Origin: Eledone cirrhosa
Taxonomy: Eukaryota
Length of the DNA: 64,000 bases
Reading direction: 5' to 3'
Assembly: GCA_964016885.1 (NCBI GenBank)
Contig: OZ024741.1
Location: forward strand, 21,514,001-21,578,000
Made by a program: the position numbers and the translations under genes. A model generated the notes under the pieces. It was not told where the DNA came from, did no database searches, and saw only the letters and a program-made list of their open reading frames with translations. This document shows, one piece after another, positions 40,988-52,969 of the stretch (the stretch's first letter is position 1; the number at the start of each line of letters is the position of its first letter).

Positions 40988-41512
40988 ACATCATCATCAT
41001 CATCGTCACCGTTTTAGGTCCATTCTTCCACGCTAGCATGGGTTAGACGGGTTGTCCTGAGGTGGACAGTGTCCAGTCAGCTGACCTTGTCTTGCTCATA
41101 CGGGAACTGATTTTGGCTTGATTTCTACAGCTGGATGCCCTTCCTAACACCAACCTCATTTACAGTGTGGGCTGGGTGCTTTTTTGCCATGGCACCTCCA
41201 CGACCACTTTACAGTGTGGGCTGGGTGCTTTTTTGCCATGGCACCTCCACGACCACTTTACAGTGTGGGCTGGGTGCTTTTTTGCCATGGCACCTCCACG
41301 ACCACTTTACAGTGTGGGCTGGGTGCTTTTTTGCTGTGGCACCTCAACGGCCTCTTTGCAGTAGGAGGGGGTGGGGGCATATTGTCTATATGCTTCAGCT
41401 TCGGCTTGTACCCATGGGAAGTCGGGTCTTCTGTATTACTGCGTGATGCCAGAGGTCACGGTCTTGTGTCATCGACCTTGAGAGGTGCAATTGGGTAAGG
41501 TCGGCTTTTATC
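40988..41512 (-). mobile_element. 3' end of the same RTE family, with its internal 49-bp repeat at about 4 copies
   Basis: Reverse complement of ~49350-49765. Further fragments at ~26590-26970(+), 27568-27785(-), 31320-31470(-), 32100-32420(+), 32490-32625(+) and 36405-36605(-). Confidence 0.9.
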
Positions 41513-41570
41513 GGTCTATTTTAATTAATTAATGAAGAATTTCAAGGGATTTACTAAAGTTATTAATAAT

Positions 41571-41752
41571 TGTTTCTACTTTTGGCACAAGGTCAGCAAT
41601 TATTCCAGTGCATTACTGGTACTTTATTTTATTGACCCCAAAAGGATGAAAGGCAAAGTTAACCTCTGCGGGATTTGAACTCAGACCGCAAAGGGCCGAA
41701 ACTCTGTGCTGCTAAGCATGGCGTCCAACCCTCTACCGATACTACCAACCAA
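41571..41752 (-). mobile_element. SINE family A with an 18-bp TSD
   Basis: ACTAAAGTTATTAATAAT at 41553-41570 and ACTAAAGTTATAAATAAT at 41753-41770. Confidence 0.9.
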
Positions 41753-42256
41753 ACTAAAGTTATAAATAATCTCATTACTAAGGCAGTAACTTAATGTAAG
41801 GTTCTCATATAAAATTATGTTGAAAAATTTTAAATTAATAGGAAGCCTTTAAAATGCACTGTGCTCTGGGTTCAAATCTTGTCAGGGTGAAGATTGTCTT
41901 TCATCCTTTCGAAGTCAATAAATAAAGAGCCAGTCCATGACCCTATTTCTCAGGAAGAAATCAGCTGTGTTACAACCTGAATAGGGATGGGCTTCACCAG
42001 GTAGAAAAATGCCCAAGACACACTGTGTTATGGCAGTGCCTCTACAACTCAATCAGGAGTTAAGGGGCCTTTACATTACCTACCTTTATGTTCTGAGCTC
42101 AAATCCTGCCAAGACCACATTTATCTTTTATCCTTCCAGGGTCATTAAAATAAATACTAATTGAACATTTGGGCCTATCTAATTGATTATAACCATACTC
42201 CAAATTTGATAGTGTGTGGAAGTAAACAATTAGTATTTAGTTTCATTCTTCTAGAC

Positions 42257-42917
42257 CAGAGATGGGGTACCTGTGGCCTGCTATGCCATCCTGTACGGCC
42301 TTTTGAAAGAATTAAAAATGTCCTATAGATTTATTATTTTTATTAATGTTTTTATGTATCTCTTATTATTTTAATTTAAACCATTTATTACTGCAAATCT
42401 ACCTTCTCCTACCTAACCCAAATCAAGACACCTTTTAGATCACAAATGGCAGATGCCCATCTTGAGGTTCAGTTGAAACTTCGGACCTCCATGATGCAAC
42501 CAAATATCAAAATACTTTCCTACAACAAAGTCATTAAAAGGTAGTTAGCTTGAAAATTAATTTTTTTTTTACCTTTTTCAGATAATTAGTACATAGTAAT
42601 TGAATTTTTACAAAATAATGTAGATTTTATGAATAAGTAATTATGGGTTCTTGAATGCAGCCATATTGGAATCGGTAGAGCGTTGGACAACATGCTTTGG
42701 GACATAGAGTTGCAGCCATTTACATTCTGTGTTCAAATCCCCGCCGAGGTTAGCTTTGCTTTTCATCATTACGGGGTTGATAAAATATCAGTAACCTACT
42801 GGAGTCGATTTAATCGACTTCCCCCACTCCAAATTGTTGGCCTTGTGCCTAAATCAGAAACCATTATATTCCAAGTAACTTAATGCAGCCTTTCAACATG
42901 AAAAGGTTCTCCACCTG
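42257..42917 (+). mobile_element. Internally deleted hAT (Charlie/Buster-like) element carrying a SINE A insertion
   Basis: Imperfect TIRs CAGAGATGGGGTACCT and AGGTTCTCCACCTG, with TCTAGAC on both flanks. A transposase C-terminal remnant RSQMADAHLEVQLKLRTSMMQPNIKIL lies at ~42438-42518. Confidence 0.8.
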
Positions 42918-43119
42918 TCTAGACTGTATGAGTTACAAGTTGTGAAGGTTTATTTACAGTAGTAAATTGATGTTTATAATGATGTTTTAATAGAAAATGT
43001 AAAAAAATTAGATTGAGAAGAAAGAATGGAATGTAAGATAGGAAAATATAAAAAAAAAACTGAAAAAGAAGAGAAAGGCAAGGGCTCTAGTGTCACAAAA
43101 GAAGGGGAGGGAATGATGG

Positions 43120-43292
43120 GATCTGGGCCTAGGGCGCGGTCGCAGACCCGCGGACAAAACCGCAAACGGTATCATAGCAAAGTTAGAGATTGGTTAAAAA
43201 TGTACGCTAAAGCATGTGTGGTCGGAGTTGCTGTGAGAAGTGTGTTGGTTGAGGGTTAAAGAGTACAAAAAGGGGGAGACGACCAGGTAAGT
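43120..43292 (+). promoter_or_regulatory. Candidate promoter or non-coding first exon of the nicotinamidase gene
   Basis: Local CpG cluster at 43130-43170 and a perfect CAG/GTAAGT donor at 43287. A TTTAG acceptor ends at 44545, 4 nt before the ATG. Confidence 0.35.
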
Positions 43293-43530
43293 AAAAGGGT
43301 GCTATGACCACCACTACTGCTTTCTCCGTTTTTCTCCTCCTAAGTTTGTCATTTAGCCAGCCACTCAGACAGACATAGCACAGACGAACACACATGTATG
43401 GCGAGACAGACGGCTAAATTGATTTGAATTTCATTATTGTTCGAAAAACACGGAAGAAAAAGCTAAAAAAATATATATCTATATATGTATACATACATAT
43501 GTATATCTAAACGTATACTTAATTATATAT

Positions 43531-43604
<74 letters not shown>

Positions 43605-44274
43605 GTATAACTTATACTTGATTTTATATATGTATGTATATTTATGTGTGTTATTAAATATTGTTTAACGAAGAGCTCCTGATAACGGGTTGAAAGTCTA
43701 GTTACGTAGGAATATCTCTGTTGGCATGGTGAGCCAGGACGCACCAAACTAATATTATCGACATTTCCTCCTTTTCTTCTTCATGATCAACTCTTCCTGC
43801 TACTATTGCAATTACTGTTCAGTTATTATTTCCTTCAACTTCTACTGCTTGTTCTGTCAACTCTACGTAACTAGTGGCTTTTAGTAGTCGGACTAAATGA
43901 TCAGCTCTAGCCTTAGAAACTAAACAAACCTTTACACAGCTGATTTATGATGTATAAGAACCACTTTCGCCTTACTCGTGCGCAACGATGATTATTCCTT
44001 CTCCGTCTATCAACAAACATTGTTAAATTAAGCACATCGCGCATTTGGCTGATTTTCTCTGTTTTGTTAATAAGAACGAGAGATAGAGAGAAAGTAATAG
44101 AAAAAGGTGTGTATTAAAACAACAAACTATAAAATAGATACAACATCATCAACCTCCGGTATTATATTATATTGTATTATAATATAATATAAATTTGTAT
44201 CCATCACAAATATTTATATTTATTGGAATAACAAAAGAATAACTTTTCCACCAAAGCGCTACTTCTGATCAAAT

Positions 44275-44475
44275 ATATACATATACAAATATATATATAT
44301 ACAAATACATATATATTATATACAAATATATATATATATATATATACAAATACGTATATATACAAATACACACATATATACAAATTCATATATATATATA
44401 TATATACATATACACACATATATATATATACAAACACACACGCATATACAGATATACACACATATATATAAATAC

Positions 44476-44540
<65 letters not shown>
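44275..44540. repeat. (TA)n/(CA)n microsatellite immediately upstream of the nicotinamidase ATG; further (TA)n at 43545-43601, (CT)n at 33875-33934, and CT/TA/TATG runs at 63363-63825
   Basis: Direct inspection. Confidence 0.97.
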
Positions 44541-44544
<4 letters not shown>

Positions 44545-44549
44545 GTGAA

Positions 44550-45635
44550 ATGTCTGTAATGCCTGATCATATTAGTCATAATAACGAACTCACTGGAAAT
44601 TTTCTAGATAAATACCGACGGAAACTCGGGAAAAACTCGAAAGATGAAGATAAAATTTCGAAAGACTGGTGCCAAGAATGTTTCCTTTCTTATGATAAAA
44701 ACAAAGATGGATTTTTGGATTTGGATGAATTTACCGAAATGATTAAAGACATTTACCACGGGTCGGTCAGCTGTGCTGCTTCTGTGTCCAGCCAGTTGTT
44801 AAAACTGTTAGACGAAGATGAAGATGGGTTATTAGGGAAGAACGAACATAGATGGCAGGTTTGGTTAAGCCGGGTACTAAGACCAGTTTCTGCACTTTTA
44901 ATAATTGATGTTCAAAATGATTTTATCGACGGAACCTTATCATTGAGGACATGTCCAGCAGGTCAGGATGGTGCTACTGTCATTCCTGTAATTAATGAAC
45001 TTACAAAGTCAATAAACTTTGATTTAGTAGTGTATTCTCTGGACTGGCATGATGAAAAACACATATCTTTCATTGATAATATTCATCTCCGAACTTTACA
45101 CCCCAGCAATACCCGTAGTGCTGAAGACATTCGGTTGTACGACACTGTAGTATTTAGTATGCCGACACCTAATTCACAGGTACTTTGGCCACGACACTGT
45201 GTCCGTGGTACATGGGGGGCCCAATTACATCGAGAACTAAATGTAACACCGGGTTCGGTGCAGGTGTTTAAAGGTACTGACACAAATGTGGACAGCTACT
45301 CGGCCTTTTTCGACAACAACAGAGCTTCCCAAACACAACTGTTTTCTATATTACAGAGTCATAACGTATCCGATGTTTACGTCTGTGGGATTGCGTATGA
45401 TGTGTGTGTTAAATACACAGCTCTAGATGCCATTTACCTCGGTTTTCGGACCCACCTCATCGACGATGCCTCCAAAGGAGTTAAACTGGAAGATATTGAG
45501 GAAACCAAAAAGGATTTAGCAGAGAAAAACTGCTGCTTACTAAAATCTTACCAAATTTCCGAATGGTTAATGAAGAAAATCCAGGATATTGATCGTGGAC
45601 TTTGGATTGCTCGGGCACTTTCATCACATGTGTAA
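44550..45635 (+). CDS. Naam: Nicotinamidase (isochorismatase superfamily, PncA/Pnc1/Naam type) with two N-terminal EF-hands; CDS uninterrupted
   Basis: Motifs [22 protein letters not shown]...DSYSAF and GIAYDVCV give an intact Asp-Lys-Cys triad and metal ligands. EF loops are [12 protein letters not shown] and [12 protein letters not shown]. Confidence 0.95.
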   Translation: MSVMPDHISHNNELTGNFLDKYRRKLGKNSKDEDKISKDWCQECFLSYDKNKDGFLDLDEFTEMIKDIYHGSVSCAASVSSQLLKLLDEDEDGLLGKNEHRWQVWLSRVLRPVSALLIIDVQNDFIDGTLSLRTCPAGQDGATVIPVINELTKSINFDLVVYSLDWHDEKHISFIDNIHLRTLHPSNTRSAEDIRLYDTVVFSMPTPNSQVLWPRHCVRGTWGAQLHRELNVTPGSVQVFKGTDTNVDSYSAFFDNNRASQTQLFSILQSHNVSDVYVCGIAYDVCVKYTALDAIYLGFRTHLIDDASKGVKLEDIEETKKDLAEKNCCLLKSYQISEWLMKKIQDIDRGLWIARALSSHV

Positions 45636-46409
45636 TATATATATATATTGACGGATATATCTGGTGAGATTCATTCAAATACTTATTTTATCATTTGTAC
45701 TCAGTATATTTTTCCTTCTCTCTCTCTCGCCCTCCCAACACACACCACACACACATATATAAATATATATCACCCGTATCTCTTTTTCTCATTATTTAAA
45801 TATTTGTAAAGAGTTCGTAAAAATTGTGTTCCTTCTATAAATGTTTTAGTAATTGTATTAGTTGTTATTATTGTTGTTGTTTAGTCATTGTTCATGATCA
45901 AAGACGTTCCAGCCGTGAGCAACCCGTCTTTTTTAAGGAGTTATCTGGAACTACATCATTTTGCATCAAGATGGCAAGGTATGATCTAATGAAGATTAGG
46001 CTACTATATCTAGCAGATCGAATTACCATGTAGAGACTTGTGGCTCGTGTGTATATGGTGAGTGTATGTGTATTGAGTGTGTGTGTGTATATGTGTGTTG
46101 TGTGTGTGTGTGTGTGTTATGTGTTGATGGTGTATGTGTATGTATTGAGTGTGTTTAGAGGGCATGCACCACACTACGGATATTAATGTTATTATGAAAC
46201 TTTGCTACACACATGTACACAATGTCACATGTGCACACAATATGCACATACGTGCACACACATATGCACACATGTGCACACGTGTACACATATGTACATA
46301 CTTTCACACACGTGCTCACACGCACACATGTGCACAGGCACACACACACACACACACAGCATCACAATTATGTGACTAATAAGTCTCATGTTATTCACGC
46401 GACTTGGAA

Positions 46410-48249
46410 TATCATCATCGTCGTCGTCATCATCTCCATCATCATCACCATCGTCGTCGTCATCGTCTCCATCATCTCCATCATCATCACCATCGTCGTC
46501 GTCATCATCTCCACGATCATCACCATCGTCATCATCATCATCATTATCATCGTCTTCGTCAACACCATCGTTTCCAGTTTCCCACATCATCTCCATCGCT
46601 GTTTTCACCACAACCACCACAACTACCACCACAACCATCACAGCAACCACAACAACCATCACAACCACCACCATCACAACCGCAACAACCACCACCACAA
46701 CCATCACGACCATCACAACCACCACAACAACCACCACAACCACCATCACAACCGCAACAACCACCACCACATCCATCACGACCATCACAACCACCACCAC
46801 AACCACCATCACAACCGCAACAACCACCATCACAACCGCAACAACCACCACCACATCCATCACGACCATCACAACCACCACCACAACCACCATCACAACC
46901 GCAACAACCACCACCACATCCATCACGACCATCACAACCACTACAACCACCATCTCAACAACCACTACCTCCACAACAACCACCATAACCACCACAACCA
47001 TCATAACCACCATCACAACCACCACAAACATCACAACCACCACAACCATCACCACCACCACAACAACTAAGACAACCACCACAACCATCACAACCACCAT
47101 CACCACCAAAACCATCACAACCATCACAACCATCACAACCACCACAACCACCACCGCAACCATCACAACCACCACAACAACCACCACAACCACCATCACA
47201 ACCGCAACAACCACCACCACATCCATCACGACCATCACAACAACCACCACAACCACCATCACAACCGCAACAACCACCACCACATCCATCACGACCATCA
47301 CAACCACCACCACAACCACCATCACAACCGCAACAACCACCACCACATCCATCACGACCATCACAACCACCACAACAACCACTACAACCACCATCTCAAC
47401 AACCACTACCTCCACAACAACCACCATAACCACCACAACCATCATAACCACCATCACAACCACCACAATCATCACAACCACCACAACCATCACAACCACC
47501 ACAACCATCACAAGCACCACCACAACCACCACCACCACAACCATCACAACCACCACAACAACCACCACTACCACAACCATCACAACCACAACCACCACCA
47601 CCACCACAACCATCACAACCACCATCACAACCACCTCAACCATCACAACCACTACAACCACCATCTCAACAACCACTACCTCCACAACAACCACCATAAC
47701 CATCACAACCACCACTTCCACCACCACAACCACAACCATCACAACCACCACCACAACCATCACAACCACCACCACCGTCACAACCACCACCATCACTTCA
47801 ACCATCACCACCGTCACAACCACCACCATCACCACCACCACCACCATCATCACCACCACCACAACCATCACCACCGTCACAACCACCACCATCACCACCA
47901 CCACCACCATCATCACCACCACCACAACCATCACCACCGTCACAACCACCACCATCACCACCACCACCACCACCACCACCACCATCATCACCACAACCAC
48001 AACCACCACCATCACCACCACCACCACCATCATCACCACCACCACCACAACCATCACCACCGTCACAACCACCACCATCACCACCACCACCACCATCATC
48101 ACCACCACCACAACCATCACCACCGTCACAACCACCACCATCACCACCACCACCACCACCACCACCACCACCATCATCACCACAACCACAACCACCACCA
48201 TCACCACCACCACCACCACCACCACCACAACCATCACAACACCACCACT
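46410..48249. repeat. 1.8-kb compound triplet array, (CAT/CGT)n grading into (CAC/CAA/CAT)n
   Basis: Direct inspection. Confidence 0.97.
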
Positions 48250-48452
48250 ATGGCGGTTTATTGACAGTATTGGTGGAACATTGGACAGCATGTGTTGCGG
48301 TCTTTAGACACGACTGTTTATGTTCTGAGTTCAAATCCCGTCCAGGTTAGTTTTGGCTCTCATCCTTCCGGAGTCAATAAAATCAGGTTCCAGTTTAAAA
48401 CTTGGGTCCATATATTCGACTGTCCCCTTCCACCAAATTGTTGGCCTTATGC

Positions 48453-49767
48453 AGGCAATAACGGAGGAGTTTAAGACCGGATGCCCATGGGAACTCCTGT
48501 ATGCTGATGACCTCGCACTCAGAGCTGAATCTATGGTAGAACTAGAGAATAAATTACAAACCTGGAAGCAGGGACTAGAGAGAAAGGGCCTCAAAGTCAA
48601 CATGACAAAGACTAAGGTCCTTGTAAGTAGACGAGAAAACAGAACCCAGATCCCCTCAGGGAAATGGCTTTGCTCAGTATGTAGGAAAGGTGTAGGTAGG
48701 AACTCCATTCTCTGCCCCAAATGCAAACAATGGGTACACAAGAGATGTAGCGGGATCTCAGGAAGCTTAATTAAGAATGTAGGATTCACATGCAGCAGCT
48801 GTGCTGAGACAGCAAGCAAACAGCCACAGGAAACAAGTACCACCAATCTCCGGGAGGGCTCTGTAGAAACAGTAGACAGCTTCTGCTACCTAGGTGACCG
48901 AATTAGCAACGGAGGTGGGTGTTCAGAAAGTACAATAACTAGGGTAAGAACGGGATGGAAGAAGTTTAGGGAACTACTACCACTGCTAGCTGCAAAAGGC
49001 TTCTCCCTCAGAATGAAAGGCAGACTGTATGATGCGTGTATCTGAACAGCGATGTTGCTTGGTAGTGAGACCTGGGCGCTGAAGGTGGAAGACTTACGTA
49101 GATTAGAGAGAAACGAAGCCTGCATGCTCCGATGGATGTGTAACAGTAATATACGTGAACGACAAAGCATAAATGAATTGAGAGAGAGACTGAGCATAAG
49201 AGGAATCAAATGCTGTGTGCAGGAGAGGCGGTTGCGCTGGTATGGACATGTGATGCGTATGAAGGATGACAGCTGCATAAAAAGGTGCAGAGCACTAGAA
49301 GTTGATGGAAACCGCGGAGTGGGGAGACCCAAGATGACCTGGGATGAGGTGATAAAAGCCGACCTTACCCAATTACACCTCTCAAAGACAATGACACACG
49401 ACCGTGACTTCTGGCGTCACGCAGTAATACAGAGTACCCGACCTCCCATGGGTACATGCTGAAGCATATAAACAATATGCCCCCACACACCCCACAGCAA
49501 GGTGGTCGTGGAGGTGCCACGGCAAAAAAGCACCCAGCCCACACTGTAAAGTGGACGTGTAGGCGCCACGAAAAAGCACCCAGCACTCACTGTAAATGAG
49601 GTTGGTGTTAGGAAGGGCATCCAGCTGTAGAAATCAAGCCAGATCAGTTCCTGTATGAGCAAGGCATGGTTAGCCGACCAGACACTGCACACAACAGGAC
49701 AACCCGTCTAACCCATGCTAGCGTGGAAGAACGGACGTAAAACGGTGATGATGATGATGATGATGAT
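48453..49767 (+). mobile_element. 5'-truncated RTE-clade LINE (RT C-terminal half, PHD-like finger, 3' UTR, (GAT)n tail) inserted into a SINE A tail
   Basis: PWELLYADDL, GLKVNMTKTK, DSFCYLGD, MLLGSETW, RRLRWYGHVMR and RGVGRPKMTW, with one in-frame TGA at 49043-49045. Confidence 0.95.
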
Positions 49768-49824
49768 GCGGATATTAGAAGAATTATATTACCACTATAA
49801 CTACTCTACCAACACCGCCACCAT

Positions 49825-50125
49825 CCGGGTCAGATTTAATGGCGGGGAAATTGTCCCAATGCCCCCTGCAGTAGGAGCCCCACCAGTGACGGCCTAGCAA
49901 TTTATTTGTGCCCCCAGCTGAGTTTTTTAGTTTTAGGATTAGAATTTTTAAATTTAATACCTGTATGCTACCTGTATGTATAACTTTTCAATTCTAATTA
50001 CTTGCACCAAGCTAACTTTGATATGTAAAAATGGGGGGTTTGCTCTGTATTCTAATTTTTTTTGCGTGTGAGGAGCCCCCCCTCCCCTGAACTACCCCGT
50101 CCCCCAAGGTCTAAATTCAACCCTG
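49825..50125. mobile_element. Possible old hAT-like MITE
   Basis: Imperfect ends CCGGGTCAGATTTA and TAAATTCAACCCTG with GC-rich subterminal GCCCC motifs. No TSD. Confidence 0.4.
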
Positions 50126-52969
50126 ACCTTCACGACCACCATCACCACAAGGATCTCGTCCAAGTCTCTAACAATTTCGCCAGACCACCACTCGAAAATG
50201 TAATCCTTTATTTTATCGACTTCGAAAAGATGAAAGGTCAAGTTGACCTGATCGGAAGTCAGAGTGCAGTGAGTAATGAGTTACCTTGTCCTAAGTTGTT
50301 ATTTAACGGCCAAAACCGTCCTTTTGCCAGCTTCTGTACTTTGTCGCAGAGGAGCGGAAGGTGAACAATTAGCAGACAATGTTGCAGCCGCCAGTGTCCT
50401 CGGTCGCGGGCCGTACCCCCGCCAACATAGGACGAGGACATGGGATTGGAATGGCTAATGTAGCAGATATTACTTTATATTTCACTCGGATATACCTGTT
50501 TGTATTCTTGTCCCTCCCCCCCCCCCCCCACTCCCGCAAGGTAAATCTTTATAATTATACCCATCTCCGAAATGAGTATAATACTAAATAATTTTGAATT
50601 TTAAAGGTTGTTAGTTGAGAAGTATAGCGGGTTTACTGGGTTGTATGAATGTAACAAATTTTAGAATTTTGAAGGTGAAATAAGTTTTTCTTATGATTTT
50701 TGATATGAACGATTACGGTCTTCAAATAATATCGTAAATAACTCGTTTTCTGTGTGTGTTTTTCAGATCACCATAACACTCGTCTACAAGACGGGTGTAA
50801 TAATAAAAATTTACCAAAACTAAAATAACATGTTCTAACGAAACGAAAGTAGGAAATACATGAATGTAAATAAAAATACGGAAGGAAAGTAGTTAACTGT
50901 TTATTCATGCTCGCCTATGTTGTTGTGTGTTACGTCATTTGGCCGGTGTTCATAGAAAAACGTCTAAATTGACCAAACCAAACCCTACACAAATGTCCAG
51001 TGAACTGTACTTGATCACTCTTAGTTTCTATCACACATTTCCTTCCTTCCTCCTTTCCTTACTTATTTCTGTCTGACTCATGGTAGCCCTGCAATTGTCA
51101 TGCGAGTTGCCTTTTGCAGGCTCCGGTCATTTTTATTGATATGACGGCAATGTACTCTAATCGATGAATCACTTCATTAGCATCGTTAAAAACATCTCCC
51201 AGATGATTGTAATACTAAATCATTTTGAATTTTAAAGGTTGAGAAGTTTGGTTAGAATTTTGAAGGTGAAATAAGTGTTTCTTATGATATTTGATATTAC
51301 GAACGGGAATTTACACATCGTAGTTCATTATATGTTGGCAGTGTAGAGGGTCGGGCGCCATGCTTTAACGCAGAGAGAGAGAGAGAGAGAGAGAGAGGGT
51401 AGAATCGACCACAGTGTTACTGTTTTAGTCTGATACTACTTTATTTATCGACCTCTAAAGGACGAAAGGCAATATTGATCGTCTGGATTGAACACTCAGT
51501 ACATTATTATTATTATCAGTACAGACGACAGGAACTAAAACCACTTAATATCCGGCGCTCTGATGATTGACACATTTCCACTTTTCCTTCTTCCTCTTGT
51601 TAATCCCCCCAAAACAAAAAGCCTTATTGAGATGACCACTGCCCACTCGCATAACTAAATCGTGAAATCACTAATTTGGCTTTTGGTTAATTTATGCTGC
51701 ACCTTGTAGTTTTCCATTTTAGTAAACCTACTCTTGATGTTTGTGGGGGCTGACATTATTTTTGCGGTGGTTAAGGTCGGTGAATTGGCAGTATCGGTAG
51801 AGGGTGGGACACCATGCTTTGCAGCAATGAGTTACGGCCCTTTATGATCTGAGTTCAAATCTCGCCGAGGTTAACTTTGCCTTTCATCCTTACGGGTTCG
51901 ATAAAATAAAGTACCAGTAATACACTGGGATAATTGCTGGCTTTGTGCCAAAAGTAGAAACAATTATTTTTGTGGAGGTTAAATATTTTAAGTTGAGCAA
52001 GATGGCTTCTTAAACCAGTCAACATCCTCAGTAAAATATACGTTGGGAGTCTCAATATGTAAACTAAACGGCTAATTCAGGTTTCTTAAGTCAGTCCACA
52101 TCCTCAGTAAAATATAGGTTGGGGTCTCAATATGTAAACTAAACGACTAATTCTGGTTTGTAAAAATTATGAAGGGAGTCAACCTAAAAAAATTACCGAT
52201 TTTCCACCTACCCTTATTATTCGAGACCCGAGCCATATTTTCTCAATGAATCTCCCAGAGGATTATATCGTGTTCGTGTATGTAAAATGCTCAGCCACTC
52301 ACACATTAATTTCATGAGCAGGTTGTTCCGTTGATCGAACAACTGGAATATTCATCGTCGAAACTGGCGGAGGCCACACAGGTACTCTCGGGTCTGGAAT
52401 AATAGTGGGGGAATGGGAGAAGTCGGGGTGTGTGGAAGATCGAACATTTTACTAGGTTGTCTCTTGATTTAAAAAACAAAACAAAACCAGAATTAGTCGT
52501 TTAGTTTACATATTGAGACCCCAACCCATCTTATTTATTTTATAACATATGGGATTTCTAGTAAGGTACTTTTTTTGTTATGAATAATGTTTTTAACGTC
52601 TAAAGAAAATTAATTGTCGCAGGAATGCTACCACTTAAAATAAAATTTCGCCAGAGATAGATTAGCAAAATTTAATAAACGGGGGTAATAAGAGTGGTGG
52701 GGGTTGGAAAAAACAACTTATTTTTGCCAGCTGACTGAATTGGAACAATGTGAAATAAGGTATTTTGCTCAAGCACACATCTCACCGTCGAGGCAATAGA
52801 CCTCACGAATTCACATCCCGAACCGAACACCTTAATGATTAAGCCACGTGTCTTCACACGTATGTTAAGATTAAAACCAATGTTATTTTTATTGATGACA
52901 AATGTTTAAAAAATGTCAACTTTGTTCTGTCTACCAGAAATCATCCATCTACACTTCCTATGAAGAATA

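Noticed and set aside
44550-45635. Bacterial horizontal transfer or contamination of pncA
   Set aside because: The EF-hand architecture and the long insert after DWH fit animal-type enzymes, and the flanks are host microsatellites. A phylogeny would settle it.
46213-48307. Mucin-like Thr-rich, His-rich or Val-rich proteins
   Set aside because: Triplet repeat open in several frames on both strands, with no signal peptide or domains.
33311-51960. An 18.6-kb transposon bounded by 600-bp TIRs
   Set aside because: The interval contains the native last NOC3L exon, and there is no transposase or TSD.
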